From Chloroflexota bacterium (GTDB lineage: Bacteria; Chloroflexota; UBA11872), in contig JAPOXD010000053.1 in the NCBI GenBank assembly GCA_026707285.1, positions 5,344-69,343 of the forward strand: a DNA stretch of 64,000 bases. Direction: 5' to 3'. Positions 1 through 8,857 of this stretch are shown here, in pieces. Below the pieces are notes generated by a model. The model saw only the letters and a list, made by a program, of their open reading frames with translations, did no database searches and was not told where the DNA came from. The number at the start of each line of letters is the position of its first letter. Position 1 is the stretch's first letter. The translations under genes and the position numbers were made by a program.

Positions 1-67
1 GCCGGCGCAACCGCGTGTTCCGCTACGGCCCCTACCTTCAGGCTCTGGAAGGCGTCGAGACGCCCGA

Positions 68-1057
68 CTAGCCCGCCCCGGACTCATCCTCCAGCGGCTG
101 TCCAAGGGCGTCGAGCCGGGCGACCTGCTCCAGCAGCCGCATGCTGTGCACCACGTCGTGGATGCTGGTGAGCGGCTCGCGGCCCTCGCGGATGCAGTCG
201 CGGAAGTCGCGGTGCAGCGCCGGCACGCCGTCGTCCAGTTGCCCGTGCGGGTCGCCGGTGAGGCTGGCCGCGTCGAGGATTTCGGGCGTGTCGCCGCCGT
301 CGGCGAAGACTTCGCCGTAGGACGGCGGGCGCAGATAGGCGCTGATGCCATTGCCGTGCAGCTCGACCCGGTAGTAGCGGCTGCCCGCGTGTCCGATGGC
401 CGTGTGCACTGCTAGCGCACCCGAGGTGAAGGCGATGACGGACTGCGTGGCATTCGTCCAATCGGTGTAGGCGTTGTCGACGCGGGCGTGCGCCTCGTCC
501 AACTCGCCGCCGCAGACCCAGCGGATGAAGTCGATCATGTGGATATCACGGTCGTACATCACGTTGATCCGCAGCGACTCGGGCGGCTGGTGCGACGGGT
601 GCTTGTGCATCCCCGCCAGCACGAAGCGGATGGGGCCTCGGGTCTCGATGCGCTCCTTGGCGGCGCGGATCAACGGCGTCCAGCGCCGCTGTAGGGCGAC
701 GCAAACCAGTCGGTCGTTGCGCGAGGCGGCCGCGGCGATGCGGGCGGCTTCGGTGGAGTTGGCGCCGGGCGGCTTCTCGACCATGACGTGCTTCCCGGCG
801 TCCAGTGCGTCCACGGCCACCGGGCACACCTGATAGGGCTGCATGATGGCGTAGACCACGTCGCAGTCGACCTCGTCGAGCATGCGGCGGTGGTCGGTGT
901 AGCGTCGGGGGATGTCGTAGGTGTCCCCGGCGTGCGCCAGGCGCTCCGGGTCGAGATCGCAGACGGCTTCGAGGCTCACGTCGTCGGCGTCGGCCAACGC
1001 GGGATAGTGCGCCCGCGTCGCCCGTCCGCCGGCCCCGATCATGGCGGCCTTGAGCAT
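68..1057 (-). CDS. Gfo/Idh/MocA family oxidoreductase
   Basis: N-terminal Rossmann IGAGG, HVMVEKP motif, DIHMID. Confidence 0.9.
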   Translation of the reverse strand: MLKAAMIGAGGRATRAHYPALADADDVSLEAVCDLDPERLAHAGDTYDIPRRYTDHRRMLDEVDCDVVYAIMQPYQVCPVAVDALDAGKHVMVEKPPGANSTEAARIAAAASRNDRLVCVALQRRWTPLIRAAKERIETRGPIRFVLAGMHKHPSHQPPESLRINVMYDRDIHMIDFIRWVCGGELDEAHARVDNAYTDWTNATQSVIAFTSGALAVHTAIGHAGSRYYRVELHGNGISAYLRPPSYGEVFADGGDTPEILDAASLTGDPHGQLDDGVPALHRDFRDCIREGREPLTSIHDVVHSMRLLEQVARLDALGQPLEDESGAG

Positions 1058-1129
1058 GGTCTGCTCCCGGACGGTGTGGTTCGCGCTCAGAGTCTAGTAT
1101 GAGCGGCCGTCGCCGGCGGAACGTGGCAC

Positions 1130-2308
1130 GTGATGTATCGACAGGTTCTGGATCTGCTCGATGCCGACGCCATGGCACGGGACACGCTGGCCTTTGTCCA
1201 AGTGCCCAGCGAGACGGGCGCGGAGGGTCCCGGTAGCGAGCACTTCGCCGACCTCTGCGAGCGGGCCGGGCTCGAGGTCGAGGTCGATCGCTTCATTCCC
1301 GATCGACCCAACGTCTACGCGCGACTTCCGGGAACCGAGCCGGGGCATCCGCTGCTGTTGAACGGCCACGTGGACACGATCCCGCGCGGCGACAGCGATC
1401 CGCCGGAGTTGCGGGACGGCTGGGTGGTAGGCCGCGGCGCGGAGGATATGAAGGGCGGGCTGGTGGCGATGGTGCACGCGGCGACGGCGCTGCGGCGCGC
1501 CGGGGTGCGGTTGCGCTCGGACCTCTGGCTAACGGGAGTCGTCGGTCACGAAACGCCAGTGGGCAAGAAGGAAGGCCCAAAGCGGCTGGTGGAGCGCATG
1601 CGGGCGGGCGACGTTCCGGCGGCGGCGGTGATCATCGCCGAGGGACCGCACGCCATCTGGACGGCGGGGCTGGGCGCGGCGATGTTCCGCATCACGCTGA
1701 GCAGCGCGCGAGGCATCGTGCACACGCTGCACGTGCCCTACGCCGACAACCCGGCGCGCTGGGCCGGCGCGATGCTGGAGGAGTTTGCCGAGTGGGAAGC
1801 GCGGTTCGAGAGCGAGACACCGCATCCGCTGTGCGGTCGGCAGCGGGTCGACATTGGCCTGGTTGCGGGCGGCGACTATCCCAACCGCCTGCCGACGCCC
1901 CTCACGCTGCGGGGCACGCGACGTTGGCGGCACGGGTTGACGGCGGACGACATCGAGGCAGAGCTGCAGGGCATTTGCCGGCGCATCGAGCAGCGGTCGG
2001 GACTGGAGACGACGTTTTCGTTGGACGCGCCGCACGAACCCTTCGAGACGCCAGGCGATCACCCGCTGGTGCATGCCGTTGAGGCTGCGGCGACGACCGC
2101 CACCGGCGCGGCGCTGTCGCAGATCGGGCTGGGGCTGGTGACCGACGCCAACATCTACGCCAACGACGCGTCGCTGCCGGTGGTCTGCTGCGGTCCCGAG
2201 TACGCCACGGCCCACTCGGACCACGAGCGCGTGTCGGTCGAGCGCCTGCACCGGACCGCCGGGCTGTACGCCCTGGCAGCCATGGAGTTTTGCGGCGTCG
2301 GCGAGTGA
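1130..2308 (+). CDS. M20 family metallopeptidase/deacylase (ArgE/DapE-like)
   Basis: LNGHVDT, GRGAEDMKGG, C-terminal AHSDHE metal-binding motifs. Confidence 0.88.
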   Translation: MMYRQVLDLLDADAMARDTLAFVQVPSETGAEGPGSEHFADLCERAGLEVEVDRFIPDRPNVYARLPGTEPGHPLLLNGHVDTIPRGDSDPPELRDGWVVGRGAEDMKGGLVAMVHAATALRRAGVRLRSDLWLTGVVGHETPVGKKEGPKRLVERMRAGDVPAAAVIIAEGPHAIWTAGLGAAMFRITLSSARGIVHTLHVPYADNPARWAGAMLEEFAEWEARFESETPHPLCGRQRVDIGLVAGGDYPNRLPTPLTLRGTRRWRHGLTADDIEAELQGICRRIEQRSGLETTFSLDAPHEPFETPGDHPLVHAVEAAATTATGAALSQIGLGLVTDANIYANDASLPVVCCGPEYATAHSDHERVSVERLHRTAGLYALAAMEFCGVGE

Positions 2309-2397
2309 CGCCTGCGAACCAGAACAGGTCTGGTGGGCGTTCGGCGGCCGCCGACCCGAGATCGGGCGGCTTGATCTAAGGGAATAAGACATCGGGC

Positions 2398-2466
2398 CAA
2401 GGGAATAATCCCTTGACCAATGATGGTCCTTGCTTTATTCTCCCAGGGCAAGGGAGTAGTCCATTG
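2398..2466. promoter_or_regulatory. Pair of palindromic operator-like boxes CAAGGGA-N4-TCC(C/A)TTG
   Basis: CAAGGGAATAATCCCTTG at 2398-2415 and CAAGGGAGTAGTCCATTG at 2449-2466; a related box lies upstream of the Fic gene at 29333-29350. Confidence 0.45.
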
Positions 2467-2626
2467 GTGAAGCCTATGAGATTCCATTTCACCGTGGATG
2501 CGCGCGGAATTGATTCCATATCACTTTTTCGGCGTCTTTGCGGGTCCCGCACGCGGACCCCTGGCTCCGCCCGCGATTCCTTCGGGGCCGGTCGCATGAT
2601 CCAGCGCGCTGACGAGGGGTACCCGG

Positions 2627-3430
2627 ATGCATAAGCCGCGCTACCAAATGAGTCAACCGCTCTGGCGCAGGCTGCCGGACTCCCCGCATTTCGTGCGAGG
2701 CGTATTCGGCATTGCGTTTTTCCTATGGATCATCCTGCGCTCAGTCGGGGTGCTCGACGTTTGGGATCTGTTGACGATCATGCTGGTTCTCTTCGGTCTT
2801 GCCTCGATCTACGACCTCGGCCGAGCCAACCCGATCGGATGGCTGTCGGTCAGCGCCGGGATCCTGGTGCAAGTGAGCCAACTGGTCGACTACAGCGGCG
2901 GCGTGCAGTTGGGCATCTGGATGGCCTTTGCGATCGTTGCCCTCGGCATCCTGTGGCAAAGTGGGACCATCCGCACGCGTCGAATCGTGCGCTTGCGGGG
3001 GTGGAAAGACAGCCACGTGGATCTCACCGCAGATGGGAGCACGCTGCGCGCCCGGGGCGACGTCCGGCGGGGCGAGATCACCTGCCGGCTATGCAACCTA
3101 GTCGTCGATCTGCGATATGCCGACATCACCCGTCCGCCGGCAATCCTCAATGTGACGTGCGTCGCAGGCCGGCTGGACTTGGTTGTCCCAACGGGGTGGC
3201 GCATCGACCGAAACGTGCGCACCACGTTCTCGCACGGGGTTCACGAAGCGCACCTGGTTGTGGAGAATGTCGGTTTCGCCGAGAAAACCTGGGTTGCGCC
3301 GATGCGGCCGGTCGGAGAGCTCTACAAGAGCTGGCGCGAGGCCCTGGGGCCCGACCCGGACCCCGGGTTCGTGAACCTGGTGGTGCAAGGGTCGTCGCAC
3401 CTGGGCCGCATCCGGATTCTCCACGCCTGA
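2627..3430 (+). CDS. Membrane protein with LiaF/DUF2154-like C-terminal domain (copy 1)
   Basis: About 4 N-terminal TM segments followed by VDLRYADI...LDLVVPTGWRI pattern; paralog of 3848-4651. Confidence 0.65.
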   Translation: MHKPRYQMSQPLWRRLPDSPHFVRGVFGIAFFLWIILRSVGVLDVWDLLTIMLVLFGLASIYDLGRANPIGWLSVSAGILVQVSQLVDYSGGVQLGIWMAFAIVALGILWQSGTIRTRRIVRLRGWKDSHVDLTADGSTLRARGDVRRGEITCRLCNLVVDLRYADITRPPAILNVTCVAGRLDLVVPTGWRIDRNVRTTFSHGVHEAHLVVENVGFAEKTWVAPMRPVGELYKSWREALGPDPDPGFVNLVVQGSSHLGRIRILHA

Positions 3431-3520
3431 CGACCGGCGTTCGCCGTGGCGGCCCGCTCGTCCATCGGGTTCATTGCGAGCGCCGCCGAGGTAGCCGCCG
3501 CCGTCGCGGTAGTTTCCGAG

Positions 3521-3656
3521 ACTGACGGTTGTCCGCTGCGGATCCGAGTGCGCCACCGCTCACTAGGACCACGAGCGCGTGTCGGTCGAGCGCCTGCATC
3601 TGACCGCCGCGCTGTACGACCTTCCGGCGATGGAGTGCCGCGCCGTCGAAGGCTGA
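3521..3656 (+). pseudogene. Degenerate duplicate of the 3' end of the M20 gene
   Basis: 3566-3598 is identical to 2218-2250 (GGACCACGAGCGCGTGTCGGTCGAGCGCCTGCA); similarity continues to a TGA at 3654-3656. Confidence 0.85.
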
Positions 3657-3847
3657 TGTCCACGCCCTAGGTTCGATCGTTCGCGCGGTCTGACGAATTC
3701 GGCGCTTTGCTAGGCTCCGAACCGAGGAGCGCTGCATGCACCACACCGGACGTTTGTCGGGGCACAGGCGCAGGTTGCGGCCTGGCGCGGTGCGCGATTC
3801 CTCGAGGACCGGCCGCGCACTTCCGCTCGCTTCGAGGGGTCGTCGAA

Positions 3848-4651
3848 GTGGCTGACCGGCGCTACATGATGGCCAGGCCGTTCTGGCGCCAGCTGCTGGA
3901 CTCGCCGCGATTCATGCGAGCGGCCTTTGGGATGGTCCTGTTTCTCTGGATCATCCTGCGCATGGTCGGGGTCCTCGATGTCTGGGACCTGCTGACGATG
4001 ATGCTGGTCCTCTTCAGTCTCTCCTGGGCGAATGATCTCGGCCTGCGCAGTCCGGTCCCATGGCTTGTGATCGGTGCCGGAGTGCTAGTGCAGGTGAGCC
4101 ATCTCGGCGAGTTCAGCGGCGCCGTGCAGGCGGGCATCTGGCTGGCCTTCGTGATCGTTGCCGTCGGCGCCCTGTGGCAAAGCGGGGCCATCCGCACGCG
4201 CCGCACTGTGCGCCTGCGGGGGTGGAAGGACAGCCATGTGGATCTGACCTACACCGGGGGCACGCTCCGCGCCAGGGGCGACATCCGGCGGGGCGATATC
4301 ACCTGTCGTCTTTGTGACGTCACCGTCGATCTGCGCTACGTCGACATCACGCGTCCGCCGGCGATCCTCGACGTGACGTGCGTCGCGGGCCGGCTGGACC
4401 TGGTCGTCCCGGTCTGGTGGCGCATCGGTCAAAACGTCAACACCACGTTTTCCCACCTGGCGATAGAGGCGCGCCTCGCCGGGGAACACGGCGGGCCCAG
4501 GCCCGAAACATGGATTGGACGCATGCGGCCGATCGGCAGCCGCCGGCGCGGTGTCAGCGGCGGGGACGAGCCGGAGCCGGACGCGGGTTTTGTGAACCTG
4601 CTGATCCAGGGGTCCTCGCATCTGGGTCGGGTGCGGATTCGCCACGCCTGA
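3848..4651 (+). CDS. Membrane protein with LiaF/DUF2154-like domain (copy 2)
   Basis: Aligns end-to-end with 2627-3430 (VRLRGWKDSHVDLT, QGSSHLGR); GTG start at 3848 chosen by alignment. Confidence 0.65.
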   Translation: MADRRYMMARPFWRQLLDSPRFMRAAFGMVLFLWIILRMVGVLDVWDLLTMMLVLFSLSWANDLGLRSPVPWLVIGAGVLVQVSHLGEFSGAVQAGIWLAFVIVAVGALWQSGAIRTRRTVRLRGWKDSHVDLTYTGGTLRARGDIRRGDITCRLCDVTVDLRYVDITRPPAILDVTCVAGRLDLVVPVWWRIGQNVNTTFSHLAIEARLAGEHGGPRPETWIGRMRPIGSRRRGVSGGDEPEPDAGFVNLLIQGSSHLGRVRIRHA

Positions 4652-4726
4652 CGTCGCGAGTCGTCCTGCGTGGAGCGGGTCGGTTCGCAGCGGCCAGGAA
4701 CGTATGTTCCAGCGTGCGGGAGGTCG

Positions 4727-5947
4727 CTAGCCCACCAACTCGTTCGCGAGCGACAGGCCTTCGTCGAGTCGACACGGCCAGTCGGGCGAGAGATGGCGGA
4801 CCGGATTGGTGCAGACGCGGAAGATGCACACGGCCTCGCGCAGATTGAGCGCCGGCTCGTCCCAGCCAAACCGATCCAGCGCGGCCTCGCGCATGCGCTG
4901 GTGGTAGGCGCCGCTGGCCTTGGCCTCGGCTGCAGGCCCGAAGTTCGCCGACCAACGTGTATGGGCCAGGAAATTGCCGACGTCGAGCAGCGGGTCGCCG
5001 AGCCCGGCTTCCTCGAAGTCCACCAGCGCCAAACGGCCATCCGGGATGCGGATCATCTGGTCGTCGTAGAAGTCGTTGTGGGCCGTGCCTGACGGCCGCC
5101 AGGTTTCAACGAATGGATCCAGTGCGGCGACTGCTTCGCTCAGGGTTCGGCGTGGGCCGTCGTGGTCCCGCAGCACCTGCCGAAACACGCGCCGCGCCCG
5201 CCGGTAGGCGCCGCGGAGGCTGAACGGGCGCCGGTCGTCGGCCGGTTCGGGGGCGTTCCAAAGCTTCGTCAGCGCATCGAGGATCGGCTCGGGGTCGATC
5301 GCGTCGCCTTTGCGGATCAGCCTTCGGACGTTGGTTCCCGGAATCTCGGACAGCCAGACCACGCCGCCCTCGGTCCAGCAGCCCGCCAGGCGCGGCAGCG
5401 CAAACCCGGATGGCGCCACCAACTCCGCCGCGTCGATCAGCCGTGCGACTCGGTCGGGCCGCATGACGCGCACGTAGAAGCGCACGTCGCCGAGGCGATG
5501 GCGCAACACGGCGTGTCCGCCGGGTCGGTAGCGCACGACGCTCACGCGCACGCGCCGCACCGGAATGGTGAAGACATGCCGGTTGAGCAGCGAGCACGCG
5601 GCTTCCGGGGAGGCCGCGTCGCTCAATCCGGGCAGGTGAGGATCTTGCGGATAGCGGAAGAGGCGCGCCGGTTGTCCACGCGCCAGTTCGATGGCAAACG
5701 ACTTCTGTGTGACGAATCTGTCGTGCAGCCACTCCGCGGCGCAGGTCAGCACGGCGCGCCGGCGCGGGTTGTAGCTCAACTGTCGCAATCGAAGGCGATG
5801 CGGTGGATCTTCCGGTTGGCCGAACCAGGCGCAATGGGCGCGCCAGACCCACTCGCCGTCGAAGAGGTCGGAAAACCCGGCGAGCTCAGCGTCCTCCGGA
5901 AGAGTGACCGGCGGAGACAACGGCGGCGTCGCGGAGATGCCCGGCAC
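4727..5947 (-). CDS. Aminoglycoside phosphotransferase/choline kinase-like protein
   Basis: Brenner-like HNDFYDDQM and LVDFEE...GDPLLDVGNF motifs. Confidence 0.75.
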   Translation of the reverse strand: MPGISATPPLSPPVTLPEDAELAGFSDLFDGEWVWRAHCAWFGQPEDPPHRLRLRQLSYNPRRRAVLTCAAEWLHDRFVTQKSFAIELARGQPARLFRYPQDPHLPGLSDAASPEAACSLLNRHVFTIPVRRVRVSVVRYRPGGHAVLRHRLGDVRFYVRVMRPDRVARLIDAAELVAPSGFALPRLAGCWTEGGVVWLSEIPGTNVRRLIRKGDAIDPEPILDALTKLWNAPEPADDRRPFSLRGAYRRARRVFRQVLRDHDGPRRTLSEAVAALDPFVETWRPSGTAHNDFYDDQMIRIPDGRLALVDFEEAGLGDPLLDVGNFLAHTRWSANFGPAAEAKASGAYHQRMREAALDRFGWDEPALNLREAVCIFRVCTNPVRHLSPDWPCRLDEGLSLANELVG

Positions 5948-5989
5948 GTTCCTTCCGATTCACTTCGACCCGACGCCCACGCACCGGTC

Positions 5990-6895
5990 TCAGGAGCTGG
6001 TGTCCGTGGCGGTCAGGGTGGCGGTTGGGGTGAGGTCCGTGTCGTCGGTTGACGTGTTGGTGATCGAGGTCCCGTCGTCGGTGGCGGTCGCGGTGGCGGT
6101 GGCGGTCAGGTCCCCCGTGGCGGTGGCGGTAGCCGTGGCGGTCGCGGTGTTGGTGGCTGTTCCGACGAGATCCGTGGAGTTGGTGGCAGTGCTGGTGATC
6201 GAGGTCCCGTCGTCGGTGGCCGTGGCGGTCGCTGTAGCGGTCTGATCGCCGGTGGCGGTGTCCGTGGCCGTGGCCGTGGCCGTCCCCGTGTTGTCGTCGT
6301 CGTCATCCTCGTCATCGTCGTCGTCGTCCTGCCGCGTCTGGCCGGACATCACCGCTGACTGGCCATCCTGTGTCGCAGGATTCGACGTGGCCGGCGGGAG
6401 TGGCGAGGTTTGGAGATCGTCGACCGAGAATCCGTACTCGGACTCCCAGGCCGACCGGTCAAGGACGAAATCGCCGTAGTTGTCGCTGTTGATGCCGAAC
6501 AGCTCGACGTCCGCGATGGACTGGATGTGGAACAACTGCGGCTCCGCCCAATCGGTCTCCCACTTGGGGAGATAGATCGGGTCTCCGTCCTTCACCAGGC
6601 CTAACGAAAGCCAGGGATCGCCGCGCTCCAGATCCTGCAACTGCTCCACGCTGACCTCGACCCGGTCATCCCAATTGATGGTGCGCCCGGCGAGGGCGCG
6701 CGTATCGCCGCCCCAGTGCAGGACGCCCTCGGCATCGGCGATCCAAAGGTGCGGGGTTCCTTGAAGGCCGACCACCGTGCCATGCGAAATCGTGGCGCTG
6801 GTCCCTGCTGCGAGCGCCGGAGCGAGCATGCCGAAAATCAACACGGCAAAGAGAACCGCGCCAAGGCGCCAGCGAAGTCTCCTCATCCGCTTCAC
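5990..6895 (-). CDS. Secreted protein with poly-Asp tract and Thr-Ala repeat C-terminus
   Basis: Signal peptide (basic N-region, hydrophobic core, ALA-A), globular domain of about 135 aa, acidic tract, repeated TATATATDDGTSIT. Confidence 0.75.
   Translation of the reverse strand: MKRMRRLRWRLGAVLFAVLIFGMLAPALAAGTSATISHGTVVGLQGTPHLWIADAEGVLHWGGDTRALAGRTINWDDRVEVSVEQLQDLERGDPWLSLGLVKDGDPIYLPKWETDWAEPQLFHIQSIADVELFGINSDNYGDFVLDRSAWESEYGFSVDDLQTSPLPPATSNPATQDGQSAVMSGQTRQDDDDDDEDDDDDNTGTATATATDTATGDQTATATATATDDGTSITSTATNSTDLVGTATNTATATATATATGDLTATATATATDDGTSITNTSTDDTDLTPTATLTATDTSS
6059..6285. repeat. Intragenic 135-bp-period tandem repeat built from 6-bp (Thr-Ala) microrepeats
   Basis: GGTGATCGAGGTCCCGTCGTCGGTGGC at 6059 and 6194; runs of GTGGCG/GTGGCC. 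Confidence 0.85.
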
Positions 6896-7001
6896 CAGCC
6901 GTTTGCTCCCGCGCTTGGACTTGACGCTAGTCCAATGCTGCTGATTGGGTCAAGCGCGACGCTTGAGTCCATCCGCCGTGCAAACGCTCAACAAGGATCG
7001 G

Positions 7002-7853
7002 TTAGCCCTCGCGTGCGACGAGAATCTCGTTGTGAACGGTCACGACCAGCGTCTCGTTGTAGAGCGTCGGCGGCCGGCGCGGCAGCGGGGGGTCGGTGGG
7101 CCTCCGGGAGGGGTTGCGCAGGGCGCGGCGGTCGCGGCCCCGCACCTCCCACCACCAGTGCTCGGATGCCATCGGCTCGACCTCGCGCCGCAGGATGAAC
7201 TCGGCGCGGTCCCAGGCGCTGAATGCCGCGTGGGCCAGGAACACCCGCGACACGGCGGCCCCGTCCCACGTCGCGAGATCGGGCAGCGCCATCGGCCCGG
7301 TGTCTACCTGGAACCGGCCCTTGGCACGTTCGATGTTGATCGTGCGAATGGGGTACTCCAGCGTGACGGTCAGCCCCAGAGCGTGGTCGTGGTGCGTGGT
7401 GCGGGCGTTCAAGCGCCGGCCGGCCAAGACCGCGCGCACGACCTCGCCGGCGTCGCGCGTGACCTGCGCGTCCGGAACCTCGTGGGTCGTGAAATGCGTG
7501 CCGGCGTAGCGGCCGGCGTGCGGCGTGGCGGCGGTCGGCTCGCGCTCGGTTGACGGGCGCCTGGCGATGGGGATGCCGTGCGTGCGGCTGAGCGCCACGC
7601 GGAACTCCTGGCTGGGGACCTGGAAGAGGTTGCGGTCGGCGATGGTGTATTCGGCCAGGCAGGGCTGCAGGAGGAAGATCTCCAGCGGGGGTGCGCCCTG
7701 GTCCCCGGTGATCGTGCACACGGCGTCGTAGCCGATGCGCACGTGATAGGCGTCGCCGGGCTCGCCCACGAAGCCGCCCGGATACTTGTAGTCGGGGTCC
7801 GGCTCGTGAGGCCGGTGGTCCCAGGTGAAGTGCGAGTGCGCAAAGTCAATCAT
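7002..7853 (-). CDS. Hypothetical protein, paralog of 7850-8716
   Basis: ATG at 7853 overlaps the upstream stop (ATGA); shares PGGFVGEPG, NLFQVP, ALPDLxTWDG, EFILRR with its neighbour. Confidence 0.75.
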   Translation of the reverse strand: MIDFAHSHFTWDHRPHEPDPDYKYPGGFVGEPGDAYHVRIGYDAVCTITGDQGAPPLEIFLLQPCLAEYTIADRNLFQVPSQEFRVALSRTHGIPIARRPSTEREPTAATPHAGRYAGTHFTTHEVPDAQVTRDAGEVVRAVLAGRRLNARTTHHDHALGLTVTLEYPIRTINIERAKGRFQVDTGPMALPDLATWDGAAVSRVFLAHAAFSAWDRAEFILRREVEPMASEHWWWEVRGRDRRALRNPSRRPTDPPLPRRPPTLYNETLVVTVHNEILVAREG

Positions 7854-8716
7854 CGGCGCGACTCGTCGGAGGTCTGCCAGATGGTGTTGACCGCCGGCAA
7901 CTCCCAGGTCTCGAAGTAGCCGGCGGCACGGGGTGGCGGCCGATCGACCGGCTCCCCCGGGACGCGGCGCTCGTACCTGTCGCGCCCGCGCACGGCCGCC
8001 GCCCAGGCCAGCTCGTGCTTGGCCAGGGCGATGCTGCGACGCAGGATGAACTCGACGTGGTCGTTGGCGGTGAAGGCCGCGTGGGCCACGAAGACCCGGT
8101 CGACGCCAGCGCCGTCCCAGGTCGTCAGGTCGGGCAGCGCCACCGCGCCGGTGCACACCTGATAGCGCCCGCCGCTGGCGTGAAGGTTGATGAGCTTGAT
8201 CGGGTATTCGACGGAGACGGTCACGGCGTGCGTGTCGTCGCGGTAGGTGGATCGGGCGTTGAGGCGCGTCCCCGCCAGCGAAGCCGCCACGACCGCGTCG
8301 TCCGACGCCAGGACCACGGCGTCATGGGCGCGTACGTCGATGGCGAACTCCGCGAAGCGCTCATCGACGTGCTGTCGCCGCGCGCCTTCGTCGTGCCAGC
8401 TGGGCTCGGCGGCGATGGGGATCGTGAACGTGTCGCTGACCGCGGCGCGGAACTCGCCGTTGGGCACCTGGAACAGGTTGTCGTCGGCGATGATGAACTC
8501 GGAGCGGCAGGGCGCGGTGAGATAGATCGTGCAGGCCGTCCCCCGCGCCTGATCGACGATCTCGAAGCAAGCATCGATCTGAACGCGGCTGGTGGTGGCC
8601 TCGCCCGGCTCCCCGACGAACCCGCCCGGAAAGGCATAGACCGGGTCGGGCTCGGCCCACTCGATAGTCCAGGTGACGAACGAACGGTCGAAGTCGATCA
8701 CGTCGAGGTCGGCCAA
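7850..8716 (-). CDS. Hypothetical protein, paralog of 7002-7853
   Basis: Host-like GC3 codon use; extensive similarity to the downstream ORF; start uncertain (TTG 8716 or GTG near 8701). Confidence 0.75.
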   Translation of the reverse strand: MADLDVIDFDRSFVTWTIEWAEPDPVYAFPGGFVGEPGEATTSRVQIDACFEIVDQARGTACTIYLTAPCRSEFIIADDNLFQVPNGEFRAAVSDTFTIPIAAEPSWHDEGARRQHVDERFAEFAIDVRAHDAVVLASDDAVVAASLAGTRLNARSTYRDDTHAVTVSVEYPIKLINLHASGGRYQVCTGAVALPDLTTWDGAGVDRVFVAHAAFTANDHVEFILRRSIALAKHELAWAAAVRGRDRYERRVPGEPVDRPPPRAAGYFETWELPAVNTIWQTSDESRR

Positions 8717-8857
8717 CCCGGGCGCATGTTCGACAAAGTGTCCCGCCGCGCTGCCGCGCCGAGCTTAGCCGAAGGAGCGATTGATATCGGCGATGACCTT
8801 GGCTAGCCTGACCGCTCGAAACGAGGGGGACGCGCTGACCGACGGTTAGCCACAGCT

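Noticed and set aside
5990-6330. CRISPR array
   Set aside because: The repeats are in-frame coding microrepeats with no unique spacers; no cas genes are present.
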